The position numbers and the translations under genes were made by a program. From Candidatus Saccharimonadota bacterium (GTDB lineage: Bacteria > Patescibacteriota > Saccharimonadia > Saccharimonadales > Saccharimonadaceae): a DNA stretch of 32,000 bases. How positions within the stretch are numbered: the first letter of the stretch is position 1; each line of letters starts with the position of its first letter. Where the stretch lies: assembly GCA_002421785.1 (NCBI GenBank), contig DIRZ01000002.1, positions 330,001-362,000 on the forward strand, written 5' to 3'. This document shows, piece after piece, positions 24,005 through 32,000 of this stretch. Under the pieces are notes generated by a model. The model was not told the origin of the DNA, did not search any database, and saw only the letters and a program-made list of their open reading frames with translations.

Positions 24005-27000
24005 AGCTTGAGAATATAGAGATGGCACTTGGCGGTCAGGCTAATTTGCCTACCGCAGAAGAACTTCAGGTTGCATTATCTAAAGCGGAGTCTGACCTTT
24101 TTACCGAACAAGGAATTATATCAGAGGACTTGTTAAAATCTGCATGGTATTTGTACAGTGTCGCGGCGGCCCGCAAGAGCCTCGAGTTATATAGTGTTGA
24201 CAGGCAACGTCGGGCATACCAAGTATCGGCGCATATATTTGATTTAGCACTTCAAATTAATAGGGATAGCGCAAACGATCAATTAAGCTTGGTGTTTGCC
24301 GCGCAAGTCGGGTATATGAAGGGTGATCTCAATCCTAATGCTGCTGCTATTTATAGGAGGTTTGGATATGCCGACGGTGTTGCCGACATTGAGGACGAGA
24401 ATTTACCGTTGATTATAGGCACTATGTTTTTGGCTATGGATAGGTCGAGACTTTTTAGAGTATTGCCATTCTTAAGACAGAAAGTTGCAAGCTTTGAGTC
24501 CTCGACAGAAGGACGACTGGGCGTGTTAAGTCTGTTACTCGATGCATGTTGGGACTTACTCCGGTATGTTTCTTACGGAGATAATGAAGCGTATATTAAC
24601 TCACTAACTTCATTAGAAAATATTGTTAGGTCTGATGTAGGCTTGGATGATGTAGATATGAGATGGGTCGCTGCGCACCTATTGGATATTGCGGAAGACT
24701 TTGGCAATTCATCAGTTTGGTCGATGCTGCCACCCGATGTACCTCCTGAAGCGGCTCGAGCCATGACCCTAGGGTCACCGCCTGTACTTAATCTATGGCC
24801 GCCACAGGCAAGGCTTATACGAAGCGACGATACGAACAATCCATTACTGCTGACTACTAAAAGGTTGTTCTTATCCATTCCAACGAGTGCAGGTAAGACG
24901 CTTCTCGCACAGTATATCGCTGTAGCGCACTTAGCACAAAATGGTGGGGGAATTTGCTTTGTAGCGCCTACGCATAGCTTGTGTAGAGAGATCAGAAAGT
25001 CTTTAAGTGATCGACTTCGTCTTCTTAGGCAAGAGGTTGCTCCGGAAGTTCCTGTTGGTTTTTTAAGTTTTTTCGATGATGAGATCGAGGGGAATGAATC
25101 GTCACCAGTTGAGGTGGTAACTCCTGAAAGATTAGCCTTCATGCTAAGGTACCGGCCGAAAGAAACCCTCGATAAATTTAAGCTTTTTATTATTGATGAG
25201 GCACATCTAATAGCTGAAGACTCCAGAGGCTTGGCTCTAGAGTCGACGTTAAGTCTTTTGCAGATGCTCACTAAAGACAGCGAACATAGAATTATTCTTA
25301 TGTCCTCATCACTGGGCGAGGGTGGACACGTGGTGGACTGGATGGGTGTTGAAGGATCCAACAGAACGTTCCACTCAGAATGGCGAGGGCCTAGAAGGCT
25401 ATACGGATTGTATAGCGTTGAACGTAGCGATACTGAGCCGCAAGTTATTGAGCATGAGCACCGAGGCGTGAGCGAGAGACATTTTCTGTACAAGAACAAT
25501 GGCGTGATCGCACTGAAACTGGCGGATACCCCGCAAATTCATAGATCCCTTATTGCTCGTGATGTAGGAGTTACTCGTACTCGACCAAGAACTCGAGGAA
25601 ATAACGAAGGGGCTTATAAAGTTTATTCCGAAAAATCGACACCGTTTTACAAAACCCTAGTTCCTCTTGTAGATAGTGTGGCGAAGTCTGGCCCCGTTCT
25701 AGTTATTATGCCTACAAGGGTGATGGCTCAAGGTTTAACCCGTGCAATAGCGGAGGCTAGGCCGGTAGATGACCAAATGGATGAGCTGGTTGAACTTGCT
25801 GAAGCCAGGGTGGGTTCAGAGCACCTAATTACGAAAATGCTAAGAAAAGGCGTTGCTTTCCATCATGCGGCGTTACCAGTTGACTTACAGGTTGCGATTG
25901 AACAGGCCGTAAGAAGTGGAAAGATAAATATATTAGTGTCAACTACGACACTTGCTGATGGTGTTAACTTACCGGTAAAAACTGTGATCATTGGGAGTAC
26001 AGGCGCCTATGGAGCGGAAGGTTTTAACGACTATATTTCTGGTGCAAAGTTGGTTAATGCAATCGGAAGAGCAGGAAGAGCGGGCAGGGAGACTGAGGGC
26101 TGGATTATTCTTGCTGACAGTCAATATAATGAACAAAACTTTAGTCGACTCGAGATGGCTAATCCATCAGAGAGTGCTCTTGTTTCTCGGTTGACTAGTG
26201 AGATTGCGTTACTATCATTATCAAATATGGAAGCCTCGATAAGGGGCGGTGAGCGTGAACTGTTTGATTTTAATGACGCTTTTGCAAGTGATTTCGCAAG
26301 TTATATTTGGATCGTAGCGAACACGCTTCTGGAAGTTAAAGATGCAGTTGTTGTCGAAGATATCGATTCGTTCCTGGAGTCGACATTAGCATGGCGGCAG
26401 ATGGATGAAGATCTGCGTACTCGTTGGAAAGACATTGCACGCGAATCCTTTGCTATATATGAAGCAACGCCCGCTGCTAAGAGGAAAAGGTGGGCACAAT
26501 CTGGTATTAGTGTCTCTTCTGCTCGTAAGCTGGAGGAATTGTCTGACGATATATTGGGTCGTTTTTTAATTGCCTCAATCGATGCGGATGGCAACCTAGA
26601 TCCTAATCAGGATGCTGACTTACTTTTGACCGATGACACACTAGATCTTCTCTTCACGCTACCTGAAGCTCCGAAGACGGATTTCAGACCTTTTAGATCG
26701 GCCAGTGCAGACAATAGCATACAAGTGAGTCATCGACAGCTTGTTAAGGACTGGATTAACGGAGTGGATTTGACACAGCTTGTCGAAACGCACTTATCGA
26801 GTATTGAAGATAGAGAATATGCTTACGAGATATTAGGAGACTATATTACAAACGTTTTTCAGCACTATCTGCCTTGGACGCTAGGCGTGCTAATTGACTG
26901 GGTGAATATTAACTCTGATGAAGTAATGGAGGGTAAGCCACTTATAAACCCCCAAATTGCTTCATTTGTCAGGTATGGCGTGGATAGCCCTTACGCACTG

Positions 27001-27516
27001 CAACTAATGATGAATGGTGTAATCTCCAGGCAACTCGCCCTAGAGGTTAATAGGGTTTTTGTGGATGACGATTCATTAGACCTTTCGAAGTGGTTACAGC
27101 GCATGAAGATTAGTGGCTTCGTTGATTCGTTTGGTGTTAACGAAACGGAAGCACGAGAGTTATTAGCGTATCTAAGACCAAAGGATAGTAATGTTTTGGC
27201 TGACTTTATATCAGGAGAAGCTGTTGAATTGGATTACAGAATATCTTCGGATAGCGAGCTGGTGGGAGATGTCGAATTTGCATATTTAGACGGCGATACT
27301 ATCATGCACAGACTTGGTATCAGACAGGGCAGCATGACTTGTGATATGCCTTTACGACTATATCTTGATATGGAGGAGATTCTTCAGAGTGGATTGCCAT
27401 ATAAAGCAACTCTATTTCCAAGAAACGGAGGCGGATATGGCTTGCGAGTTAAACTTCAAACATTTGTTGAAGACCGGGAAGTTTCTGTTGAGGATTTTGA
27501 CCAGTTCGATTTTTAA
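23989..27516 (+). CDS. DEAH-box SF2 (Ski2/Hel308-like) helicase, 1175 aa (HamB-like by architecture)
   Basis: LWPPQ (Q-like), PTSAGKT (motif I, K303), APTHSL (Ia), TPERL (Ib), IIDEAH (II, 403-406), MSSS (III), GVAFHHAALP (IV region), TTTLADGVNLP (V), GRAGRAG (VI). An alternative start exists at 24022. Confidence 0.9.
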   Translation: MERYLKLENIEMALGGQANLPTAEELQVALSKAESDLFTEQGIISEDLLKSAWYLYSVAAARKSLELYSVDRQRRAYQVSAHIFDLALQINRDSANDQLSLVFAAQVGYMKGDLNPNAAAIYRRFGYADGVADIEDENLPLIIGTMFLAMDRSRLFRVLPFLRQKVASFESSTEGRLGVLSLLLDACWDLLRYVSYGDNEAYINSLTSLENIVRSDVGLDDVDMRWVAAHLLDIAEDFGNSSVWSMLPPDVPPEAARAMTLGSPPVLNLWPPQARLIRSDDTNNPLLLTTKRLFLSIPTSAGKTLLAQYIAVAHLAQNGGGICFVAPTHSLCREIRKSLSDRLRLLRQEVAPEVPVGFLSFFDDEIEGNESSPVEVVTPERLAFMLRYRPKETLDKFKLFIIDEAHLIAEDSRGLALESTLSLLQMLTKDSEHRIILMSSSLGEGGHVVDWMGVEGSNRTFHSEWRGPRRLYGLYSVERSDTEPQVIEHEHRGVSERHFLYKNNGVIALKLADTPQIHRSLIARDVGVTRTRPRTRGNNEGAYKVYSEKSTPFYKTLVPLVDSVAKSGPVLVIMPTRVMAQGLTRAIAEARPVDDQMDELVELAEARVGSEHLITKMLRKGVAFHHAALPVDLQVAIEQAVRSGKINILVSTTTLADGVNLPVKTVIIGSTGAYGAEGFNDYISGAKLVNAIGRAGRAGRETEGWIILADSQYNEQNFSRLEMANPSESALVSRLTSEIALLSLSNMEASIRGGERELFDFNDAFASDFASYIWIVANTLLEVKDAVVVEDIDSFLESTLAWRQMDEDLRTRWKDIARESFAIYEATPAAKRKRWAQSGISVSSARKLEELSDDILGRFLIASIDADGNLDPNQDADLLLTDDTLDLLFTLPEAPKTDFRPFRSASADNSIQVSHRQLVKDWINGVDLTQLVETHLSSIEDREYAYEILGDYITNVFQHYLPWTLGVLIDWVNINSDEVMEGKPLINPQIASFVRYGVDSPYALQLMMNGVISRQLALEVNRVFVDDDSLDLSKWLQRMKISGFVDSFGVNETEARELLAYLRPKDSNVLADFISGEAVELDYRISSDSELVGDVEFAYLDGDTIMHRLGIRQGSMTCDMPLRLYLDMEEILQSGLPYKATLFPRNGGGYGLRVKLQTFVEDREVSVEDFDQFDF

Positions 27517-27663
27517 TTTTTTTTGCGCATGGACCAAGTACGGAAAAACGAAATGTAAAAGGGAAGGTAGGGGTATGTTTATTTCTGAGAACTAGAGGGG
27601 GGGGGAGAACTTACACACGTAGAGAAGGAGCAAGTCCTGAGGATAACTACCTCTGTTGACTGT

Positions 27664-28662
27664 TTAAAGCTCATCATCCTTTGTTTTTCGGTTGAAAGGT
27701 GAGCTGATTCTGGTGTGCGGCTTTGTTGCCCTATGGTCTTTGAACATTTGGCTTATCCGTTTCGACTTTATGTTACTAAATATCCACCTGTCCGCGTAGT
27801 AGTAGGTGAAGAAATTTATGTGATCAACGTCGTTGCCACCGTAATCAAAAGTACTCATCTCCATATTTTTATTGATTAGCAGTATACAACGAGTTGGTGT
27901 GATCGGAATTTGGAAGATGGCATTAATATAGCCCAGACCTAGTGCTTTTTGCTCGGGGAGGCCGTAGTGAGTGACGGGATTGTCTGATGTTACAAAGACT
28001 TTCGAAGTGCCCTTAGTACTTACTAAAACGGCCTGTTTGCGTTCCATAAGTATTAGATAAAGATCTTTGGTGATAGATAAAGTATCACCGAGAAAGTGTT
28101 GATCCATATAGTCATACTCAATTTCGAACTTGTCGTCTAGTACAGAGAGCCTCGTTTGTTCAATTTTTTCTTGGTCGTACTTTTCGCCAAATACCTTAAA
28201 TGTATCTTGGTGGAATTTGTCTTTATTTGATGCCAGAGTTTTTAAGTAGACGAGAGACATTTGCCCCATTGATGTTGCTCGGTGCTTACGCTCCTGAATG
28301 TTGCGTGTATGTAAGTAGGCAATATACGTGAGGAGATCTGCCTGTTCTTTTTCCGGCAAAGTGAAATAGCCATCAGGCATACTATCTAGCTTGTGAAGAA
28401 GGTTTGCGCCTTTATCATCGATTTCTGCAAATACATTTTCAAGTGCGGCATTCTCATCTCCGGTTGATTGTTCAGTATAAGTATATAAATCTCTTTGGGC
28501 TGCCACATTCTTAACATTGCTCGGGTAGGGTTCCTTGTCCAGTTCGTATGCGTAAATCTGATCTGGCTTGCCGTCAATCGCAAACCTACGTAAATAACTT
28601 TGAGGCACAAAGTGATGCAGTGCTCGCAACTTGTCGTCTTTCGGATAGTTTTTATCTGCCAT
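27664..28662 (-). CDS. DUF4238-like protein (332 aa from ATG 28662)
   Basis: N-terminal LHHFVPQSYLRRF motif, characteristic of DUF4238 as I recall it. The track start 28668 is a TTG; the ATG two codons downstream is preferred. Confidence 0.7.
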   Translation of the reverse strand: MADKNYPKDDKLRALHHFVPQSYLRRFAIDGKPDQIYAYELDKEPYPSNVKNVAAQRDLYTYTEQSTGDENAALENVFAEIDDKGANLLHKLDSMPDGYFTLPEKEQADLLTYIAYLHTRNIQERKHRATSMGQMSLVYLKTLASNKDKFHQDTFKVFGEKYDQEKIEQTRLSVLDDKFEIEYDYMDQHFLGDTLSITKDLYLILMERKQAVLVSTKGTSKVFVTSDNPVTHYGLPEQKALGLGYINAIFQIPITPTRCILLINKNMEMSTFDYGGNDVDHINFFTYYYADRWIFSNIKSKRISQMFKDHRATKPHTRISSPFNRKTKDDEL

Positions 28663-28668
28663 AGTCAA

Positions 28669-28674
28669 ATTATA
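28669..28674 (-). promoter_or_regulatory. -10 box TATAAT 6 nt from the DUF4238-like ATG
   Basis: Reverse complement of 28669-28674 is TATAAT. The ATG is the reverse complement of 28660-28662. No SD sequence. Confidence 0.35.
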
Positions 28675-28900
28675 CTAGGAGTGATCTAGAGATAGGATAT
28701 TATTCTGTATGTATTGAGATGAATAGCCGCGTCCACTGTCGGGTTTTGGCATCATGAAGGTGATTGCGAAAGGTATAGCTAAGTCCTCGCTATGCCGATG
28801 GATAAACTCATAGTTATAGTATAGAGGTAGTGGGCCTTCATATCAAGCAGTACAGGGGTAGTGGTAATCGTGCGGAATAGTTGCGGTGGGGCAGGGCGCG

Positions 28901-28909
28901 TGATACCAT
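28901..28909 (+). promoter_or_regulatory. extended -10 (TGA-TACCAT) 7 nt from ATG 28917
   Basis: TG at 28901-28902, TACCAT at 28904-28909, ATG at 28917. Confidence 0.35.
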
Positions 28910-28916
28910 AAGTGAT

Positions 28917-29438
28917 ATGAAACGCATGGGTCGGCGCACATTTATTCTCCTGTTTGTCGTTTTAGGAGCGTTGCTCGTCGGGGCGATTATTTACATTGTC
29001 TTTTTGCTCATGGCTAATCAGCCGAACGTGAGTGACGAAAAACCAATTATCCCCGTTCCACTTTCACAGGTATGTACAGACGACATGGTGCGGCGCGTTG
29101 GTCAGCCAATCGCTGATTCTGATATTGCCGCGATTCGGGCTGTGTACGATGAATTTAAAGACAACACAGCCTACACTGGCGACGCAACCTGCAACTATAT
29201 TGCAACGCGCTACTTCATCGCGATTGGTAATGTCGACGAGGCAAAGACCAGCTTGAATGCTCTCAAATATGCCATTAGCGCAGGTGGAACTGTTAGCATG
29301 AACTTTGCGCCACCCGCTCAGCCGACAGAGGTGCTTGAGCAAGTCATTGCAGACATTGGGCTGAAGAAGGATAACGGCATGAGTAAGACAACGGCCGAGG
29401 AGCTAAATGAAATGGACAAGGTCGCGCCACAGCAATGA
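28917..29438 (+). CDS. single-pass membrane protein (173 aa)
   Basis: MKRMGRRTFILLFVVLGALLVGAIIYIVFLLM signal anchor. Its stop overlaps the next start (ATGA at 29435-29438). Confidence 0.65.
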   Translation: MKRMGRRTFILLFVVLGALLVGAIIYIVFLLMANQPNVSDEKPIIPVPLSQVCTDDMVRRVGQPIADSDIAAIRAVYDEFKDNTAYTGDATCNYIATRYFIAIGNVDEAKTSLNALKYAISAGGTVSMNFAPPAQPTEVLEQVIADIGLKKDNGMSKTTAEELNEMDKVAPQQ

Positions 29439-31597
29439 ACAAATTTGTAATTCGCCTTAGTATTGCGTTGGCACTGGGGGCCGGTTTAGTCGTGATTGCG
29501 CCAGCGCAGCCCGCAGGGGCGGCGTATAGCAGCGCGCAAATCGAAGATATGCTCGAAAATGGTGTTGCGACGGCTCATGGGATGGATGCATATTGTTTTG
29601 ACAACATGCGCAGTCGAGCATACAGCAGCAACTTTACTTCGACCGGTGGTGGTGACTTGCGCAATGTTATTAATAGCGGCTCATCCTATGACTACGCGAC
29701 ATGGCTCTCAAAGCGGGGGCGGGGGAATGCTGCCGTACCCGTGACGGTGAACGCAGGTACGACGCTGCTGCCTTTGCAGATAAACGACGTACTCTTTTTG
29801 TGTGGGCCACTCGTCAGCCCAAACCTTGACGGTTCACCACCGTGTAGTACGAGTATCTATGGAAGGCACATCCTATACGCCAACAGTACGGGTGGCACAC
29901 CTGCCTCGCGTTGGATTGTTAACGACTGGAATGCGAATGACCGCGCTCCAAATGCGTTTGGTTCTGGGTGTATGTACCCCGCAAAAGCGTTTGAGCGTAC
30001 GAAGATTGTTAGCCTTTCGGTAGCAGGTGATTCGACGATTCCGGGCACCGTGTCTGGCGGTGCGGGTAGTGTGTTCAATACGTTTCGTAACGAAACAAGT
30101 CGCTATTGGTTTGCCACACCGATTAACGTAAACTTTAATGCTGCTAGTCCTATCAACGCGAGCGGCAGGATCCATATCGTTATGCGCTACAAAAAGTTTT
30201 CCGCCTATCATACAACGAATGAATATAGCGCAACCAAGGGGTGTCAGGCGAGTGGTCCATCATCCGTCACAAATGGATGGCTGAACGTCGATGACTGTGG
30301 TATTCAGGAGGCGCACCTCTATATCCGCCTTGTGCTCGCCAGCGACTTTAACCTTTCGCCACAGATTAGCATTAGTGCGCCTCATATCTCGACTGTGGGT
30401 GGAACCGAAAGGGTGAGTCCGTCAGTTGTTAACTCGGGGACGCTGGCAGCAGACCGTGATATCGAGTGGCGCGTCACGCGATTTGTGTTAGCGCCAAATA
30501 GGAACTATGGTACCTCGCCTGGGTCAAACGTCCCTTGTACGTATTTTACGGGATATCAAGGCGCGACATGCCAAACCATTGCGACCGGGACACGGCGTTT
30601 TGCGCGCGGGACTACCAGTCTTGCGGCATTTGATGATGCGATTGGCGCATATGCAATCGGCACCAAGATATGCTATGCCACGTCGGTTAACCCGTATAAG
30701 TTTGACGTTAATGAATGGCGCCATAGTGTGCCACAATGCACCGTGGTGGGTAAGCAGCCTACAGCGCAACTATGGGGTAACGACCTACGAACAGGAAGCG
30801 CCTTTACAGGCACTGGTAACTCTAACGCAAAGGCGGTAGGCGCGCTCATCGCTGCACCGACTGGCTACAAGGGGACGTGGGTGGAATATGGCGTATTGGC
30901 TCCAAGGGCAGTAACGTTTTTGTCTTCCGGGTCTGGACTGGCCCGGTCGGGCGCACTGGCGGCACAGGCTGAATGGAGCAAACTGACGGCAGCAAACACT
31001 ACCGCGGTATACGGTAACTTTGTGCCGACAGCGGCGAGCCTTGGGCTTCAGCCTGATATCGCAGCGTATTTCTTGCAGCCGGGACTAAAAGGAATTACTG
31101 TCGACAACGCTCCCGGTAATCTTTCACTAGGGAATATGCTTAACGTAACAAAGGCCAATAGTCGTGTGTATGTACGCCTAACGGGAACGGTGACGATTAC
31201 GGACAATATCACGCTTGATGACGATACGAACCTTCAAGACAATAGTCTCTTTCCGCAAATCGTGATTATTGCAAATAATATTAATATCCATAGTAATGTC
31301 AGCCGCTTGGACGCATGGCTCATCGCTAAGGCAGACGCGGGGGGTGTAGGGGGTGTTATTAATACCTGCTCGAACCAGCCTGCGACACTGACAAGTGCCA
31401 TATGCGACACACCGCTCGTCGTGAATGGCCCTATGATTGCAAAACAGCTCTTACTGCGCCGAACGGCTGGTGATTTAGGCACGCCAGCAGAGATTGTAAA
31501 CTTGCGATCGGACGCCTACTTATGGGCGAACTACATCAGTTCACTCAATAGTAATTGGGTGACAACCAGTTCGTCCGAGCTACCACCTCGCTACTAG
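29435..31597 (+). CDS. large secreted protein of unknown function (720 aa)
   Basis: Sec signal peptide ...VIAPAQPAGA|AYSS. Multiple Cys. The C-terminal region has beta-rich, repeat-like character (VTITDNITLDDDTNL..IVIIANNINIHSNV). Confidence 0.8.
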   Translation: MNKFVIRLSIALALGAGLVVIAPAQPAGAAYSSAQIEDMLENGVATAHGMDAYCFDNMRSRAYSSNFTSTGGGDLRNVINSGSSYDYATWLSKRGRGNAAVPVTVNAGTTLLPLQINDVLFLCGPLVSPNLDGSPPCSTSIYGRHILYANSTGGTPASRWIVNDWNANDRAPNAFGSGCMYPAKAFERTKIVSLSVAGDSTIPGTVSGGAGSVFNTFRNETSRYWFATPINVNFNAASPINASGRIHIVMRYKKFSAYHTTNEYSATKGCQASGPSSVTNGWLNVDDCGIQEAHLYIRLVLASDFNLSPQISISAPHISTVGGTERVSPSVVNSGTLAADRDIEWRVTRFVLAPNRNYGTSPGSNVPCTYFTGYQGATCQTIATGTRRFARGTTSLAAFDDAIGAYAIGTKICYATSVNPYKFDVNEWRHSVPQCTVVGKQPTAQLWGNDLRTGSAFTGTGNSNAKAVGALIAAPTGYKGTWVEYGVLAPRAVTFLSSGSGLARSGALAAQAEWSKLTAANTTAVYGNFVPTAASLGLQPDIAAYFLQPGLKGITVDNAPGNLSLGNMLNVTKANSRVYVRLTGTVTITDNITLDDDTNLQDNSLFPQIVIIANNINIHSNVSRLDAWLIAKADAGGVGGVINTCSNQPATLTSAICDTPLVVNGPMIAKQLLLRRTAGDLGTPAEIVNLRSDAYLWANYISSLNSNWVTTSSSELPPRY

Positions 31598-31619
31598 ATA
31601 AGTTTCCCTGTAAAAGTAC

Positions 31620-31649
31620 TTGCATCAATCGATGCCGCTTATGTATACT
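31620..31649 (+). promoter_or_regulatory. promoter TTGCAT-N18-TATACT upstream of pilM
   Basis: TTGCAT at 31620-31625 and TATACT at 31644-31649. The ATG follows 10 nt later. Confidence 0.45.
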
Positions 31650-31659
31650 AGGAAGCAGC

Positions 31660-32000
31660 ATGAATATATTAAAAGGGATGGGCGACTTTTTTGCACTGGA
31701 TATCGGTACCAATGCAATTCGTGTCGTAGAACTTCGGAAAGCTGGCGGCGGCTGGTCTCTTGAGCACTACGGATACGCGCCGATTGATAGCCGGTTGACG
31801 AGTAGCGACTCCGAAGAAGCGCGACGTAAAGTGGCAGAGGTTATTATGACTGCCGTGGGGCAAAGTGGTATCAAAACCAAGAATGTTGTGATTGGACTAC
31901 CGTCCAGCAAAACCTTCACTACGGTCATCGACGTACCAATGTCAAGTGAAGCAGAGCTACGCTCTACCATGAAGTACCAAATCGACCAGTATATTCCTAT
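31660..32000 (+). CDS. pilM: type IV pilus assembly protein PilM, 5' part (runs off the window)
   Basis: Hand-translated: MNILKGMGDFFALDIGTNAIRVVELRKAGGGWSLEHYGYAPI...VVIGLPSSKTFTTVIDVP...YQIDQYIP. This is an actin-like ATPase N-terminus typical of PilM. It is absent from the track because there is no stop in the window. Confidence 0.8.
   Translation, partial: MNILKGMGDFFALDIGTNAIRVVELRKAGGGWSLEHYGYAPIDSRLTSSDSEEARRKVAEVIMTAVGQSGIKTKNVVIGLPSSKTFTTVIDVPMSSEAELRSTMKYQIDQYIP

Larger units (their letters stand above)
22329..28900. mobile_element. degraded integrated element / defence island (lower GC, recombinase remnant at the left end)
   Basis: Sampled GC is 24/60 (24541-24600) and 22/60 (27721-27780), against about 28/60 in the backbone. 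It is flanked by housekeeping ychF and the pilus-linked cluster. The edges are approximate and no att repeats were identified. Confidence 0.5.

Noticed and set aside
24573-25499. 308-aa minus-strand ORF inside the helicase gene
   Set aside because: It is antisense to a region carrying collinear helicase motifs I-III on the plus strand. It is Ser/Leu-rich and low-complexity. It is a shadow ORF.
27597-27605. G9 homopolymer tract in the intergenic region between the convergent helicase and DUF4238-like genes
   Set aside because: It could slip during replication. But it lies downstream of both stop codons, with no promoter or ORF positioned to be phase-varied.
1-32000. Search for CRISPR arrays, tRNA or rRNA genes and transposase/IS inverted repeats
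   Set aside because: I saw no regularly spaced direct repeats, no cloverleaf-like or rRNA-like conserved stretches in the short intergenic regions, and no transposase-like ORF. The only mobility-related sequence is the recombinase remnant.

Overview
This is a densely coded bacterial chromosomal segment. The backbone is about 47-50% GC, judged from hand-counted 60-nt lines (28/60 at 14401-14460). Backbone genes, left to right: a NUDIX hydrolase, pnp, a family-4 uracil-DNA glycosylase, RNase J, a PQ-loop-like membrane protein, ftsK, pheA, four tandem type IV pilin genes, rpsF-ssb-rpsR, efp, a membrane-anchored beta-lactamase-like serine hydrolase, tlyA, ychF, a translationally coupled membrane/secreted protein pair, and the 5' end of pilM. 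Two of the pilins carry C-terminal carbohydrate-binding-like modules. I saw no rRNA, tRNA or CRISPR array. Three compositionally foreign patches stand out. (1) A lower-GC island at about 22.3-28.9 kb (24/60 and 22/60 GC in sampled lines) sits next to ychF. It holds a truncated large-serine-recombinase remnant, two small ORFs, an overlapping pair of a PD-(D/E)xK-like protein and a 1175-aa DEAH-box SF2 helicase, and a convergent DUF4238-like gene. The nuclease-helicase pair has Hachiman-like architecture but may be divergent. This is my best candidate for an anti-phage or otherwise undescribed system. (2) A GC-rich gene at 18.6-20.3 kb (40/60) encodes a secreted, tandem-repeat, Pro-rich, C-terminally anchored surface protein. 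It is driven by a backbone-type promoter and followed by a sortase-like gene. (3) A small GC-rich gene at 1.6-1.95 kb (40/60). At the regulatory level there are many sigma70-like promoters with an extended -10. At least seven genes have a -10 box 6-7 nt from the ATG, which suggests leaderless mRNAs. There are also clean intrinsic terminators and candidate rpsF and pnp leader structures. The gene content would fit a small-genome, Gram-positive-type organism such as a Saccharibacteria/TM7-like epibiont with Actinobacteria-derived inserts, but that lineage guess is inference only.
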